Part shown: one piece after another, positions 17,461 through 26,479 of the stretch
Numbering within the stretch: position 1 is the stretch's first letter
Layout of the letters: each line of letters starts with the position of its first letter
Source of the DNA: Bdellovibrionales bacterium
GTDB lineage: Bacteria > Bdellovibrionota > Bdellovibrionia > Bdellovibrionales > Bdellovibrionaceae
NCBI GenBank assembly: GCA_046336915.1
Contig: JBKDHV010000027.1
Span: forward strand, 733-64,732
Reading direction: 5' to 3'
DNA length: 64,000 bases
Translations under genes and position numbers: made by a program
The notes under the pieces: generated by a model
Database searches by the model: none
Told to the model about the DNA's origin: nothing
What the model saw: the letters and a program-made list of their open reading frames with translations, nothing else

Positions 17461-18135
17461 TTACGAACGATTCTTTTTCACGGGGACCGGTTCGTAGTGG
17501 TAGCCCAACTGAATAAACAAATTCAGCGCGGCCTTGTTCAAATCATCTGTTAATCGCACCGCACGGTTCTGAAGAACGGCGTACATAATTAAAGCTGGTA
17601 CGGCGACGATCAGACCATAGGCCGTCGTGTTCATCGCAAGCGAAATCCCTTGAGAAAGGATCGTCGCCTTTTCAACAGGATTGGCTTGGCTGATTCCTGA
17701 GAATGAGTGAATAAGACCGGTGATAGTTCCAAGAAGCCCTAACAGAGTGGCGACATTGGCAAACATCGCCAAGAATCCAATGCGCTTCTCTACGCGAGAG
17801 CTTTCTTCCAGAAGAATTTCATCCATTTTCAGCTGGATTTCTTCTTTTCCACCCAGATCAAGTGTCGCCTGAATTCCAGCCGTCGCAACACTTCCGAGCG
17901 GTTGAGTCTTACTTAATTGTTGAGACTTTTTGAGGGCCTTATCGAGATTTCCGGATCGAATATCGTCCGCAATCATCTTGGCCAGGTCCTTCTGATTCGG
18001 CTTTCGGTTCACGAACAAAGCCACGATTCGCTCGGCCATAATGGCCAACGAAACCACTTGCGCGGCCAGGATGGTCCACATCCAAATCGCGTCTTGACCG
18101 AAGAATCCGTTTACGAGGGAAAGTAAAAATTGCAT
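17461..18135 (-). CDS. MotA/TolQ/ExbB-family proton channel (AglR-like)
   Basis: 224 aa with three TM segments. Family-typical C-terminal half FLAMFANVATLLGLLGTITGLIHSF...LSQGISLAMNTTAYGLIVAVPALIMY. Confidence 0.9.
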   Translation of the reverse strand: MQFLLSLVNGFFGQDAIWMWTILAAQVVSLAIMAERIVALFVNRKPNQKDLAKMIADDIRSGNLDKALKKSQQLSKTQPLGSVATAGIQATLDLGGKEEIQLKMDEILLEESSRVEKRIGFLAMFANVATLLGLLGTITGLIHSFSGISQANPVEKATILSQGISLAMNTTAYGLIVAVPALIMYAVLQNRAVRLTDDLNKAALNLFIQLGYHYEPVPVKKNRS

Positions 18136-18321
18136 GGTCTCCTCCTAGTTATTCCGTAGCTAGAAGGAGCAAGCCCGAGGCCGCAAACACGGCCAGCTGA
18201 GGGGGTGAAGGGGCCTCGGCTCAAGAGTATTTTACAGGGAAGTGCCGCAAATCGCGCCTCACCCAAAGCGTCGTAAACTCACAGTATTGACCGGGGTGAT
18301 AAAGACTTGAACACTTAAACG

Positions 18322-19347
18322 ATGAAAAAACTGTGGATGATCTTGTTGCTGTTCGAACTGTTTTCGACTTCGGTTTCCTGTGCGTCCTCGCCCTATCCTG
18401 TCTCGGATCACTTTGATGGCAAGACCTTTCGAAATACGCCACCGACTCGCACTAAAAGCTTTTTTGAGGTCGCGAAATGGCAGTGGACTCGAGAGAAGGT
18501 GGAGTGGCCTGACAAACGACCCGTCACGGTTCGCCAAGAGCTAGCCCCTGTCCAAGATCCAAAAGCCATCGCGGTGACTTTCGTCAATCATTCGACATTT
18601 GTGATTCAGACCCAGGATTTTAATTTTTTGACGGATCCCATCTGGTCCGATCGCTCAAGTCCCTTTCAGTGGGTGGGACCCAAACGGGCTCACGACCCGG
18701 GTGTCCAGTTCGAAAGTCTTCCCCCGATTCACTACGTGCTCGTGTCTCATAATCACTACGATCATATGGACGCGAGCACCTTGAAGCGCTTGCACGAACG
18801 TTTCAAGACGCAATTCTTGGTTCCGTTGGGTGACAAAAAAAATCTACAAAGTTTTGGCGTCCCCCATGGTCACGAAATGGACTGGTGGGATGAGTTCAAA
18901 ATTTCAGAGGACGTGAAGATCGTCTTCACCCGATGTCAGCACTGGTCGGCTCGGGGGCTTTTTGATCGCAATGAAAGCCTTTGGGGCAGCTATCTTTTGA
19001 TTTATAAGGGGAAGAAGATCTTCTTCGCAGGTGACACGGGATACGCCGATCACTTCACGGAAATTGAAAGACGTTATGGCGCGATGGATTTAGCGCTCTT
19101 GCCGATAGGAGCCTATGAGCCGCGAACCTTCATGCGCGAACATCACATGAACCCCGCGGAAGCCGTCCAGGCCCATCGCGACTTAAAGTCGAAGCAGTCC
19201 CTAGGGATGCACTTCGGAACGTTTCAGCTGAGTGACGAACAGTACAATCAGCCTCCGCAAGATCTAGAAAAGGCCGCTCAAGAGGCGGGACTTCCAGCCG
19301 GGTCTTTCCGAACTCTCAATGTCGGAGAAACCTTCTTGCTTCGGTAG
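18322..19347 (+). CDS. secreted MBL-fold metallo-hydrolase (NAPE-PLD-like subgroup)
   Basis: 341 aa. Signal peptide. HxHxDH motif as VSHNHYDHMD. Further His/Asp ligands in CQHWS and FAGDTGY. Confidence 0.75.
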   Translation: MKKLWMILLLFELFSTSVSCASSPYPVSDHFDGKTFRNTPPTRTKSFFEVAKWQWTREKVEWPDKRPVTVRQELAPVQDPKAIAVTFVNHSTFVIQTQDFNFLTDPIWSDRSSPFQWVGPKRAHDPGVQFESLPPIHYVLVSHNHYDHMDASTLKRLHERFKTQFLVPLGDKKNLQSFGVPHGHEMDWWDEFKISEDVKIVFTRCQHWSARGLFDRNESLWGSYLLIYKGKKIFFAGDTGYADHFTEIERRYGAMDLALLPIGAYEPRTFMREHHMNPAEAVQAHRDLKSKQSLGMHFGTFQLSDEQYNQPPQDLEKAAQEAGLPAGSFRTLNVGETFLLR

Positions 19348-19355
19348 GATTGCCT

Positions 19356-21227
19356 TTACTGGTAAAAGCGGCGCATTTCCTTTAGGGCTTTATTGTAGGT
19401 TTCGGTTGAAAGCGGAACGTTTTCAACCGGACGATACTGGTGGTCGACAATTTCATAAGCGCCCGTGTTCTTGATCACGATGAAATGATCAGCCAGGCGA
19501 ATACCAAAATCTCCGTAGGTTCCATGAAGAATCCAGTGATGCCCGGGATGGCGAACAAGATTGTCGCCGCTACTATAGTGCTCAGCGCGTGTCTGGCAGC
19601 GAAAGAGCTCTTCGGCAAAGGTGGCGGGAACGTCGTAGTGGGACGTCCACTTCTGAAACCGCTCCGGTTTGCGACCCGGCCAATAAATAAAGAACGGCAC
19701 CTGGGTTTGGGCGTCAGTAAAGTTCGAGTTATGACCCCAATAATTGAGCTTGTTGTCGTTGAACTCTTTTCCGTGATCACTTGAAAAAACCACGATCGTG
19801 TTCTCGAGCAATTTCTTTTTGGCTAGCGAAGCCAAGACCCGCCCAATCAGACTATCAATGTAATGAACACTGTTGCGGTACCGATTCAAAAACAGAGTCG
19901 GGTCCGTCGAGTTGTTCAAAGCAAAGTAGTTGATGTGCGTGAGAAAAGGCTTAAAGGGTGTGTGGTCAGGCGCGTTTGAAAACTCATGAGCTGAGTCATA
20001 AAACAAAAATCCCATAAAGGGGCGTTTCGGCGACTTGGATTCGACAAAGCCCAAGAATTCATCGGTAATTTCTTGATCCCGCAGAAAGGGCTCTTGCGCC
20101 TTCGAGCGCTTGCGAAGATTTGGTACGGTCGCGAAAACGGTTTGATCAAATTCGGGCTTTGTCAGCGGGGCACTGCCAAAGATTCCTAGCTGATAGTGGT
20201 GATCTTGAAAAAGCTGAACAAGGATGGGACCCACATGACTTTCGCGAAACTTTTCAAAATACAAAGGTGGCACACCAAAAAAGAAGCTGAACACGCCACC
20301 TCGAGTGGAATTGCTTCCGCTGAAGTGCTTCTCAAACACCAGACTCTTTTCGCTCAGGGCGTGGGTGTTCGGCATCACAGTTGCGGACATATGATCATGC
20401 CGAAGAGAATCCACCATAATAAAGAGAACATTCAGAGGCTTTGATGGGCCCTGGCACTGAAGCTTCTCAAGCGGGTAGGCGACAAGACTTCGATTCTCTT
20501 CATCGAAGCTCATCAGGGCCTGACTTTTATACTTCTCGACGTCCACCAGCCCCCACTGCGCCAAAGTCCCCTGCGCATTCGCCGGAACGGCGAACGGGGG
20601 AATGAAGGCTAATTTCGTAATGGGTCGATAAAACATCCCGTCAGCGAAGATGTGAAGGATATGCGAGATCAACAAAAACAAAAACCAAGAGCCCAACACA
20701 GGACCGGTTCGCAAGGGCGCTTGGGTTTGGCTGACCTTTCGGACCAAACGTAAAGCCCACCAACCTTGAAAAAGGAAAAGTGAGGCGACAAACGCGATCA
20801 CCGCCGCCCACATATACCAAGGAAAAGAAATGATCTGGCCCTGCCCGTTGAAGAAGAGATCCAGAACAAACAGATTTATGTGGAAGCGGTACTGCTGGTA
20901 AACGAACGTATCAATCAGCAGAAGAGTTTGAACGAAGGCCCCCCAAAAACTTAAAACAACGGCGGCCCCTCGCAGCGGCAAAACAAGTCCAATCAAAAGC
21001 CAGGGCAAAAACAGAAGTCCACAGAGCAAGCCGAAATGCCCCACGAAGTAGGGGGCCAAGAAGGCTGCGGCCATCCAGTTGTCAGGAAAGGTTGAAGGTG
21101 TCGCCAAATAAAGAAGGGCAATCGCGCATGACAGAAGAGCGTTAAAGGCTAAGAACCGAACCGACCAGTGCCAGTAGTGACGAAAACGCATGGGCCCTAT
21201 TCTGTCGAAAATTCTACTGGCTGGCAA
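19356..21227 (-). CDS. membrane-anchored sulfatase/alkaline-phosphatase-superfamily protein (YejM/LapC-like architecture)
   Basis: 623 aa. About five N-terminal TM helices, then a sulfatase-type domain (VLFIMVDSLRHD, SGSNSTRGG, VFSSDHGKEF). The start may instead be the Met at 21191. Confidence 0.7.
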   Translation of the reverse strand: MPASRIFDRIGPMRFRHYWHWSVRFLAFNALLSCAIALLYLATPSTFPDNWMAAAFLAPYFVGHFGLLCGLLFLPWLLIGLVLPLRGAAVVLSFWGAFVQTLLLIDTFVYQQYRFHINLFVLDLFFNGQGQIISFPWYMWAAVIAFVASLFLFQGWWALRLVRKVSQTQAPLRTGPVLGSWFLFLLISHILHIFADGMFYRPITKLAFIPPFAVPANAQGTLAQWGLVDVEKYKSQALMSFDEENRSLVAYPLEKLQCQGPSKPLNVLFIMVDSLRHDHMSATVMPNTHALSEKSLVFEKHFSGSNSTRGGVFSFFFGVPPLYFEKFRESHVGPILVQLFQDHHYQLGIFGSAPLTKPEFDQTVFATVPNLRKRSKAQEPFLRDQEITDEFLGFVESKSPKRPFMGFLFYDSAHEFSNAPDHTPFKPFLTHINYFALNNSTDPTLFLNRYRNSVHYIDSLIGRVLASLAKKKLLENTIVVFSSDHGKEFNDNKLNYWGHNSNFTDAQTQVPFFIYWPGRKPERFQKWTSHYDVPATFAEELFRCQTRAEHYSSGDNLVRHPGHHWILHGTYGDFGIRLADHFIVIKNTGAYEIVDHQYRPVENVPLSTETYNKALKEMRRFYQ

Positions 21228-22116
21228 CCGACTTCAGAATTTGCGAAAGCAGCTGAACATACTCCCGCGGTTTTTCAACTGGGATGATATGTCCTGCTCC
21301 GGGAACGATGTAAACCGACGCCGCTTCACCCGATCGCTGAGACTGGTAAAGCTGAAGCGCCTCTTTTTGGATACCGAATCGTTTCGCATCTTCTTTTTCT
21401 CCGAGGATCCAAAAGCGAGTCGGACCTTTTCGAAAATCTTGTGCGCGCAAATCGAACTTTCGCGATGAAAACGCCAATTGCGTGAAACCCTCTGCAATCG
21501 CGACTCGCTGAGGACCATAGCGTGGGTGAGTTTTCACGAGCTCTTCAGTTCTTCGAAGCCAAAATTGCCGATAGGACCAGTACTCCGCCGAAGCGACCCA
21601 CATCTGGCCGCCTGGGAAAAAGCCCATCCAGCTTTCCCAGCCGCGGAAGTCTTGATAGGGCGGTAGATTCTCATCCGCTCGCCCCATCGGGGCCGTCTCA
21701 ATCACCCAAGGAAACTCCTCGGGATTCAAATGCGGGATCAGGCTTGAAGTATAAGAGAGAGACACCACGATCGGTTTCTGAATCTTGAGCGAGCGCCGAA
21801 CTTGAGCGACTTCACCCGCCAGCTGTTCGGACGTGATCAGCGAGCGGAAAACCGGCGTGCCCGCGAGAATCGATTCAGGATGGCGACTCAGATGGATCGA
21901 GACCCAATTGATCTTCCGAGCGGTGAGCTGCTTCAAAAAAGGCTCTTGTGCGTAGAACCCACGATAGATGCCGGGCAAAAAGAGAAAGGTCGGTTTTGAA
22001 GAAGATGGGGAAAGCGAGGTCTTAACAACAATCTGTCGCTGGTCGGCAAGAGTGATCACCTGATCGCTTTGGGCCCGAACGGAAAGGCTGATAAAAAGGC
22101 TAAAAAAGAGAGTCAT
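21214..22116 (-). CDS. secreted alpha/beta-hydrolase-fold protein
   Basis: 300 aa. Signal-like N-terminus. TFLFLPGIYRG and a C-terminal IVPGAGHIIPVEKP typical of the fold. The nucleophile elbow is atypical (SLSYT), so activity is uncertain. Confidence 0.5.
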   Translation of the reverse strand: MTLFFSLFISLSVRAQSDQVITLADQRQIVVKTSLSPSSSKPTFLFLPGIYRGFYAQEPFLKQLTARKINWVSIHLSRHPESILAGTPVFRSLITSEQLAGEVAQVRRSLKIQKPIVVSLSYTSSLIPHLNPEEFPWVIETAPMGRADENLPPYQDFRGWESWMGFFPGGQMWVASAEYWSYRQFWLRRTEELVKTHPRYGPQRVAIAEGFTQLAFSSRKFDLRAQDFRKGPTRFWILGEKEDAKRFGIQKEALQLYQSQRSGEAASVYIVPGAGHIIPVEKPREYVQLLSQILKSVASQ

Positions 22117-22354
22117 GACGAGGTCTTAACCAACTTCAAAGAGACTGACTAGAGTGAAATTTGTTCATCTTAACAGTCCTCCATTCTTGAACTCGGCTCT
22201 TGATGCACCCTTGCCAAATGCGAGAAATCCGCCAAACACGCTTGCCTCTTGAGGATTCCTCAGCAAGACTGACCGTCGGTAACCTAAATATAAGCTGATA
22301 ATAAGGTTCAGCGTTTCTACGAAACACCGTAAATGTTTCACTATCGGGGGATAC

Positions 22355-22843
22355 ATGATTCGAAATTTGGCCTTGGCTCTCGTAGTCTCGCTTGCCTCGT
22401 TCAACCTGTCTTTTGCTCAACAGCGCCTCTATCCGATTAAGCCTGATCCCAATGTGACTCCAGGTCGCCTTTGTGATCACGCCGATCAAATTCGTTACCC
22501 TGAGAAAATCCGATATTGCGAACGTCACGTCGAAACTCACGTGAAGGTTCGAATCATCCAGATCTATGACACTCGATTTGGCTACACAATCAGCCGCCAG
22601 AACCGCGCAGACTTCAAGATCGATCATTATATCCCTCTTTGTATGGGTGGGTCGAATGATGTTCAGAACTTGTGGCCTCAACATAAGAGCATTTACCAGC
22701 ACACAGATCCTTTGGAAGCTCTTCTCTGTGAAAAGATGAAGTTCGGGCGTTTGCGCCAGCTTCAGGCGATTGAGCTGATTCGCCGTGCGAAGAATGATCT
22801 TTCACAGGTTCGCCAGATTCTCGACTACGCGTCTCGATTGTAA
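22355..22843 (+). CDS. HNH-motif nuclease with N-terminal signal peptide
   Basis: 162 aa. MIRNLALALVVSLASFNLSFAQQ looks like a cleavable signal peptide. DFKIDHYIPLCMGGSNDVQNLWPQH is an HNH (His-Asn-His/Asn) core. Confidence 0.65.
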   Translation: MIRNLALALVVSLASFNLSFAQQRLYPIKPDPNVTPGRLCDHADQIRYPEKIRYCERHVETHVKVRIIQIYDTRFGYTISRQNRADFKIDHYIPLCMGGSNDVQNLWPQHKSIYQHTDPLEALLCEKMKFGRLRQLQAIELIRRAKNDLSQVRQILDYASRL

Positions 22844-22878
22844 TTTCGATTTTATGACAGCCTTGCGCTTTCAAAGTT

Positions 22879-22902
22879 AAGCCCTCTTCCGAGGGCTTTT
22901 TT
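22879..22902 (+). terminator. intrinsic terminator after the HNH gene
   Basis: AAGCCCTC-ttcc-GAGGGCTT followed by a T run, 36 nt after the stop codon. Confidence 0.75.
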
Positions 22903-23000
22903 CATTGGGGAATCGGGGTTCTTTCAAGAGTCTGCTTTTCACGCCCATGCTTTAAAATTTCCCTCATCGTCCTTTGGGATCCTTTTGTCTCTACAGAGCG

Positions 23001-23016
23001 TGGCACGGTCCTCGCT
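23001..23016 (+). promoter_or_regulatory. sigma-54 (-24/-12) type promoter candidate
   Basis: TGGCACGGTCCTCGCT compared with the consensus TGGCACG-N4-TTGC(A/T). GG and GC are correctly spaced with one mismatch. Intergenic and oriented toward 23261. Confidence 0.4.
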
Positions 23017-23105
23017 TGAGAAGTGTTGTGTGACAGGTTGAAGGGGCAGCTTGGCCCTGAAAGCCAACTCACATTGAAGAAATTTCGGATTGCATATTTT
23101 TTATG

Positions 23106-23188
23106 GCGATCCGACCTTCTCGGATAAGAGATTTGCAGAGTGAAAGTGGTCCGCCTGCAGAAATCTTGAGGAGGTCGGATTGCTTTTT
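23106..23188 (+). terminator. long imperfect hairpin plus U-tract in the leader of 23261 (attenuator or sRNA terminator candidate)
   Basis: GCGATCCGACCTTCTC (23106-23121) pairs with GAGGAGGTCGGATTGC (23168-23183): 16 bp including two G-U pairs. An inner AAGA..GCAG / CTGC..TCTT stem is present. TTTTT follows immediately at 23184-23188, with a second T5 at 23192-23196. Confidence 0.45.
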
Positions 23189-23260
23189 ACCTTTTTGCCA
23201 TCTTGTGTCATCGGGTTCGACTAGGGTATAAGGGGACCTCAGTTCAACGGGGGAACATAA

Positions 23261-23836
23261 ATGCCAAACACGCAAAATACTGCATCTGCGAAGACTTCTG
23301 CGTCATTGACAGACGAAATTGAAACCGATCTCGACAGTGAGAATGAGCTCGAAGGCGAAGAAGCGCCGAACGATCAGTTTTCAGTTCCCGCCGAGGAGCT
23401 GGCGGCTCTTGAGCAGGCAATGGAAAAGGAAGCTCTTCGAAATCCGATGAGCCCAGATGAAGAACAAGACGATATGAATCATCTTGATGAGATCGAGAAC
23501 ATTCTGGATCTTAATGAAGATCAATTCCCAAGATTCACGTTGGCGAAGAACAAGGCCCGCTTCTTGCGAATGGTCAGCTGGTATCGTGGCAAAGAAGAGT
23601 GGATCGAAGTTGCACCCTTGTCAGGGGTCACCAAGCTCTTCAAGCAGCAGACAAAAGAGCTTGAAGGAATTCGCTCATCTAAAATGGATTATGAAATGGA
23701 ACTCGAGACAGGGACTTTGACCCCTTCCCAGCGTTCTTACCGCCGTGATGAGCTGAAGATGTGTAAAGTTCAGGAAAAGATGGCTGTTCATTTGATCTCG
23801 AAACTTCAGTTGAAGATCAAATCAGGCCGACGATAG
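23261..23836 (+). CDS. acidic hypothetical protein
   Basis: 191 aa. Asp/Glu-rich N-terminal half and a basic helical C-terminal half. No motif recognised. Followed by a strong terminator. Confidence 0.55.
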   Translation: MPNTQNTASAKTSASLTDEIETDLDSENELEGEEAPNDQFSVPAEELAALEQAMEKEALRNPMSPDEEQDDMNHLDEIENILDLNEDQFPRFTLAKNKARFLRMVSWYRGKEEWIEVAPLSGVTKLFKQQTKELEGIRSSKMDYEMELETGTLTPSQRSYRRDELKMCKVQEKMAVHLISKLQLKIKSGRR

Positions 23837-23889
23837 TCGAGAGGACCGATCCGGTCCGCCCTTAAATCACACTTAAAGCATTTGAAGAG

Positions 23890-23934
23890 TTAGACCAAAG
23901 TTTTGAAGAAGGACTTTGGTCTAATTTTTTTTTT
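23890..23934 (+). terminator. intrinsic terminator
   Basis: Perfect 12-bp stem TTAGACCAAAGT / ACTTTGGTCTAA with an 11-nt loop, followed by T10. Confidence 0.85.
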
Positions 23935-24018
23935 CAGGCCTCCATTCTCACAATGGTGCGCCGAAGAGACATGTGACACGCGAATTCGATTCGTTTTGAC
24001 ACAATTAAGGGAGGACAC

Positions 24019-24447
24019 ATGTCTCGTTCTATCGTCATCATGGTGAGTGACAATCATGACTTCATGGAGAACTGCAAAAAGCAGTTCGATGGTCAAGATG
24101 TCACATTTCAAACCTTTACGCCTGATCAATGGAGAGGGGGACTTGAAAGTCCATTCTTCCGCCAGCAGTTGATCCAAGGAGTCCCCGCGCTTGTCGGTGG
24201 CACAGCTCCCGTCAATACAGGCTATTCTGGAAATGTCGTGTCCTTTCCCTCCCAGCCTCCCGTGGGAATCCAAAAGATGGATGATCTTGAAGCAAAAGCG
24301 ATCGAAAACGCGATCCTTCAGTACAAAGGGAATTTGACAGAGGCCGCGAAAGCTTTGGGTATCGGTCGCGCAACTTTGTACCGCAAAGTGAAGCAGTACC
24401 AGATTGACCCGAATGTAGCTCGCCGAAAAAAGACGATGGCAGCTTAG
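24019..24447 (+). CDS. small DNA-binding protein with C-terminal Fis-type (HTH_8) helix-turn-helix
   Basis: 142 aa. AIENAILQYKGNLTEAAKALGIGRATLYRKVKQY is the HTH found at the C-terminus of NtrC-type activators and Fis. No AAA+ or canonical receiver motifs upstream of it. Confidence 0.7.
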   Translation: MSRSIVIMVSDNHDFMENCKKQFDGQDVTFQTFTPDQWRGGLESPFFRQQLIQGVPALVGGTAPVNTGYSGNVVSFPSQPPVGIQKMDDLEAKAIENAILQYKGNLTEAAKALGIGRATLYRKVKQYQIDPNVARRKKTMAA

Positions 24448-24518
24448 TTCTCTAGCTTTGATAGTTGGGGACATCGACCGCAGGCCCACATGGCCGAATC
24501 GATGGCCCCGAGACGGCG

Positions 24519-24544
24519 AAAACCAAGCAAGGCTTGGTTTTTTG
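24519..24544 (+). terminator. intrinsic terminator
   Basis: AAAACCAAGC-aag-GCTTGGTTTT followed by further T residues, about 70 nt after the stop at 24447. Confidence 0.65.
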
Positions 24545-24709
24545 CTTTCAAGGCTTTGGTCGAAAAAGTCCTGTACCAAAGTGGGACGTCAAATGATTGA
24601 TAGACACCTGTTGAGATTGATAACGCTAAAATGGAATGAGGACGAGCCGGAGGGTGGTCCCAGTCTCGCATAGCAATCTAGAGGGACTTCTGATCAGAAG
24701 GGGAGATTC

Positions 24710-25294
24710 ATGGCCAAAATTCTTCAGTTTCCGAAGGGAAAATCCACACGAGCTGAGATTATCAAGCGATCTTTGCAGCAAAAAGCTGTGATCCCGTTGT
24801 CCCTTCTGTCTGTTTTGGTTGTGACGCTTTCTCTGAACGAATGGATTGTCACTGCGGCCCAAAGGCTGAACACAGCCCGTGGTGTCGCCAGTGTTCCTGT
24901 GGAAGATCTGGAAAAACAGATCAAGTGGGAGCGCCGTTGGGCCGAATCTTTGCAAAAATCAAATGTCAGACCTGGGCAAGCGGCTCAAGCTCCCAACCAG
25001 CTCGATGAGCTTCTGTTTGGAGTTCTTCAAGGTGATGTCAAAATGACTCGCGAAGGATCATTGATTTCTTCTCTTGAAATGAAACGACCTGTTGAGCTGA
25101 AGAATCGAGAAGAGTTCCTTGAGTCCTACAAGGGCGTCTGGGCTATCGCTTTTGAGCAGGCTCGCTTGGACAAGTCCGATGATCAGCAAGAAGTTTACAA
25201 TCTTGTTGATCAAAAAGGGCGTCAAGTCGGTCGAGCTATCTTTGGTCTAGACAGCCTTCAGACTGTGACAAAACTACAATTCTTGACTCAGTAA
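24710..25294 (+). CDS. single-pass membrane protein, unknown function
   Basis: 194 aa. SD-like AAGGGGAG upstream of the start. One TM (VIPLSLLSVLVVTLSL). Confidence 0.55.
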   Translation: MAKILQFPKGKSTRAEIIKRSLQQKAVIPLSLLSVLVVTLSLNEWIVTAAQRLNTARGVASVPVEDLEKQIKWERRWAESLQKSNVRPGQAAQAPNQLDELLFGVLQGDVKMTREGSLISSLEMKRPVELKNREEFLESYKGVWAIAFEQARLDKSDDQQEVYNLVDQKGRQVGRAIFGLDSLQTVTKLQFLTQ

Positions 25295-25321
25295 AAGTCC
25301 AATTTCCACCGATAAATCTTC

Positions 25322-26479
25322 ATGGTGATTGAAGATTTATCCTCTCCGAAAATTAACACGGAAACTGAAGTTCGACCTGCCGAGGCCACCACGCGAGTTG
25401 TGGCGGGATTTATCGATGCGGTTCTTTTGTCACCACTCGTCGCTTTTGTTCCCGCATACCATCTAAAACTGCTTCTGATGGATTCAGCTCAAGGCTTCGA
25501 TTCGGATTTGGGCTTTCATGTTTTTGTGCTGGGATTTTTGACTCACGTCATGTTGCAAACGGGTTTCACCTACTTCTTTCGAGCGACCCCTGGGCAGGCG
25601 GCGATGGGAATCAAGGTGAAGTCTCTTGTGAACGGAATGACCTGGAACCAAGCGCTCTTAAGAAGTCTGTTCTTCACGCTTTCCTGGATTTTTCTTGGAC
25701 TTCCGCTTCTCGAGGCGGCCGTGCATCCTTACGGTCGCTGTTGGCATGATCGAGTTTCCGATACGGCTGTTGTGACAACGCGGCGAGCGGGACGTCGTGC
25801 GCGAGGAGCCAACGGTGCCCTGCCGGCCGTTTCGCTTCGAAGTCGTCATGAAATTCGAACGATCATGATTCTGGGCTACTTCATGCTGTTCATGATTTTT
25901 GCTTCTGTCCTGACTCAAAAAGATCGGCTCACCTTTGGCGGTGACCTGCCAGCTGAGGACAACATTGACGTTCTGGTGGCGCGGGCCCTCTTGAAGAAAG
26001 ACACCTCGGATGAAACAAAGTTCGCGATTGAAGAGAAACTTTGGAATGCCAGATCTCGACAGGAAAAAGCTCTTGCTTACTTTTTTAGGTTCCAGATCGA
26101 AAAAGATGAGGAGGTTCGAAAGGCCCTTTCTCACCAAATCTGTGAGTGGCAAGCTCCCACCCTGTGTTCTTTGACGAGCTACAGTCTGCAACCGGATCCG
26201 GCTCGATTGGCTGATCTGAAATCCAAGGTTGATCGTTCAAGCTTTCTGTCGGTCCAGGTCGCTCTCATGCGAGTCTTGACCCGTGAGTCGCAGATTGCTC
26301 AGGCCCTTGCTCTTCACAAACAACTTCGCCAGGAAGACGTCATCAAGGATGAGCTCAAGGCCTGGGACGTGAGTCTTTATCTTCAGGCTCGGGCCTTGAC
26401 GGAAAAAAACCGCGCCCCCGCCAGTGATGAGATCAAGAAGATAATCGAAACCTATGAGAAGGAAAGAGCAGAGCCGTGA
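25322..26479 (+). CDS. RDD-family membrane protein with helical C-terminal domain
   Basis: 385 aa. N-terminal RVVAGFIDAVLLSPL...TPGQAAMGIKV...CWHDRVSDTAVV matches the RDD-domain layout. Its stop overlaps the next start (GTGA). Confidence 0.65.
   Translation: MVIEDLSSPKINTETEVRPAEATTRVVAGFIDAVLLSPLVAFVPAYHLKLLLMDSAQGFDSDLGFHVFVLGFLTHVMLQTGFTYFFRATPGQAAMGIKVKSLVNGMTWNQALLRSLFFTLSWIFLGLPLLEAAVHPYGRCWHDRVSDTAVVTTRRAGRRARGANGALPAVSLRSRHEIRTIMILGYFMLFMIFASVLTQKDRLTFGGDLPAEDNIDVLVARALLKKDTSDETKFAIEEKLWNARSRQEKALAYFFRFQIEKDEEVRKALSHQICEWQAPTLCSLTSYSLQPDPARLADLKSKVDRSSFLSVQVALMRVLTRESQIAQALALHKQLRQEDVIKDELKAWDVSLYLQARALTEKNRAPASDEIKKIIETYEKERAEP

Noticed and set aside
22136-22702. 188-aa minus-strand ORF overlapping the HNH nuclease gene.
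   Set aside because: It has no motif and an odd composition. It is antisense to an ORF with a signal peptide, an HNH motif and its own terminator.
23890-24579. 229-aa minus-strand ORF.
   Set aside because: It is antisense to the Fis-HTH gene and spans two plus-strand terminators. Its composition is Ser/Arg/Cys/His-rich and it has no recognisable domain.
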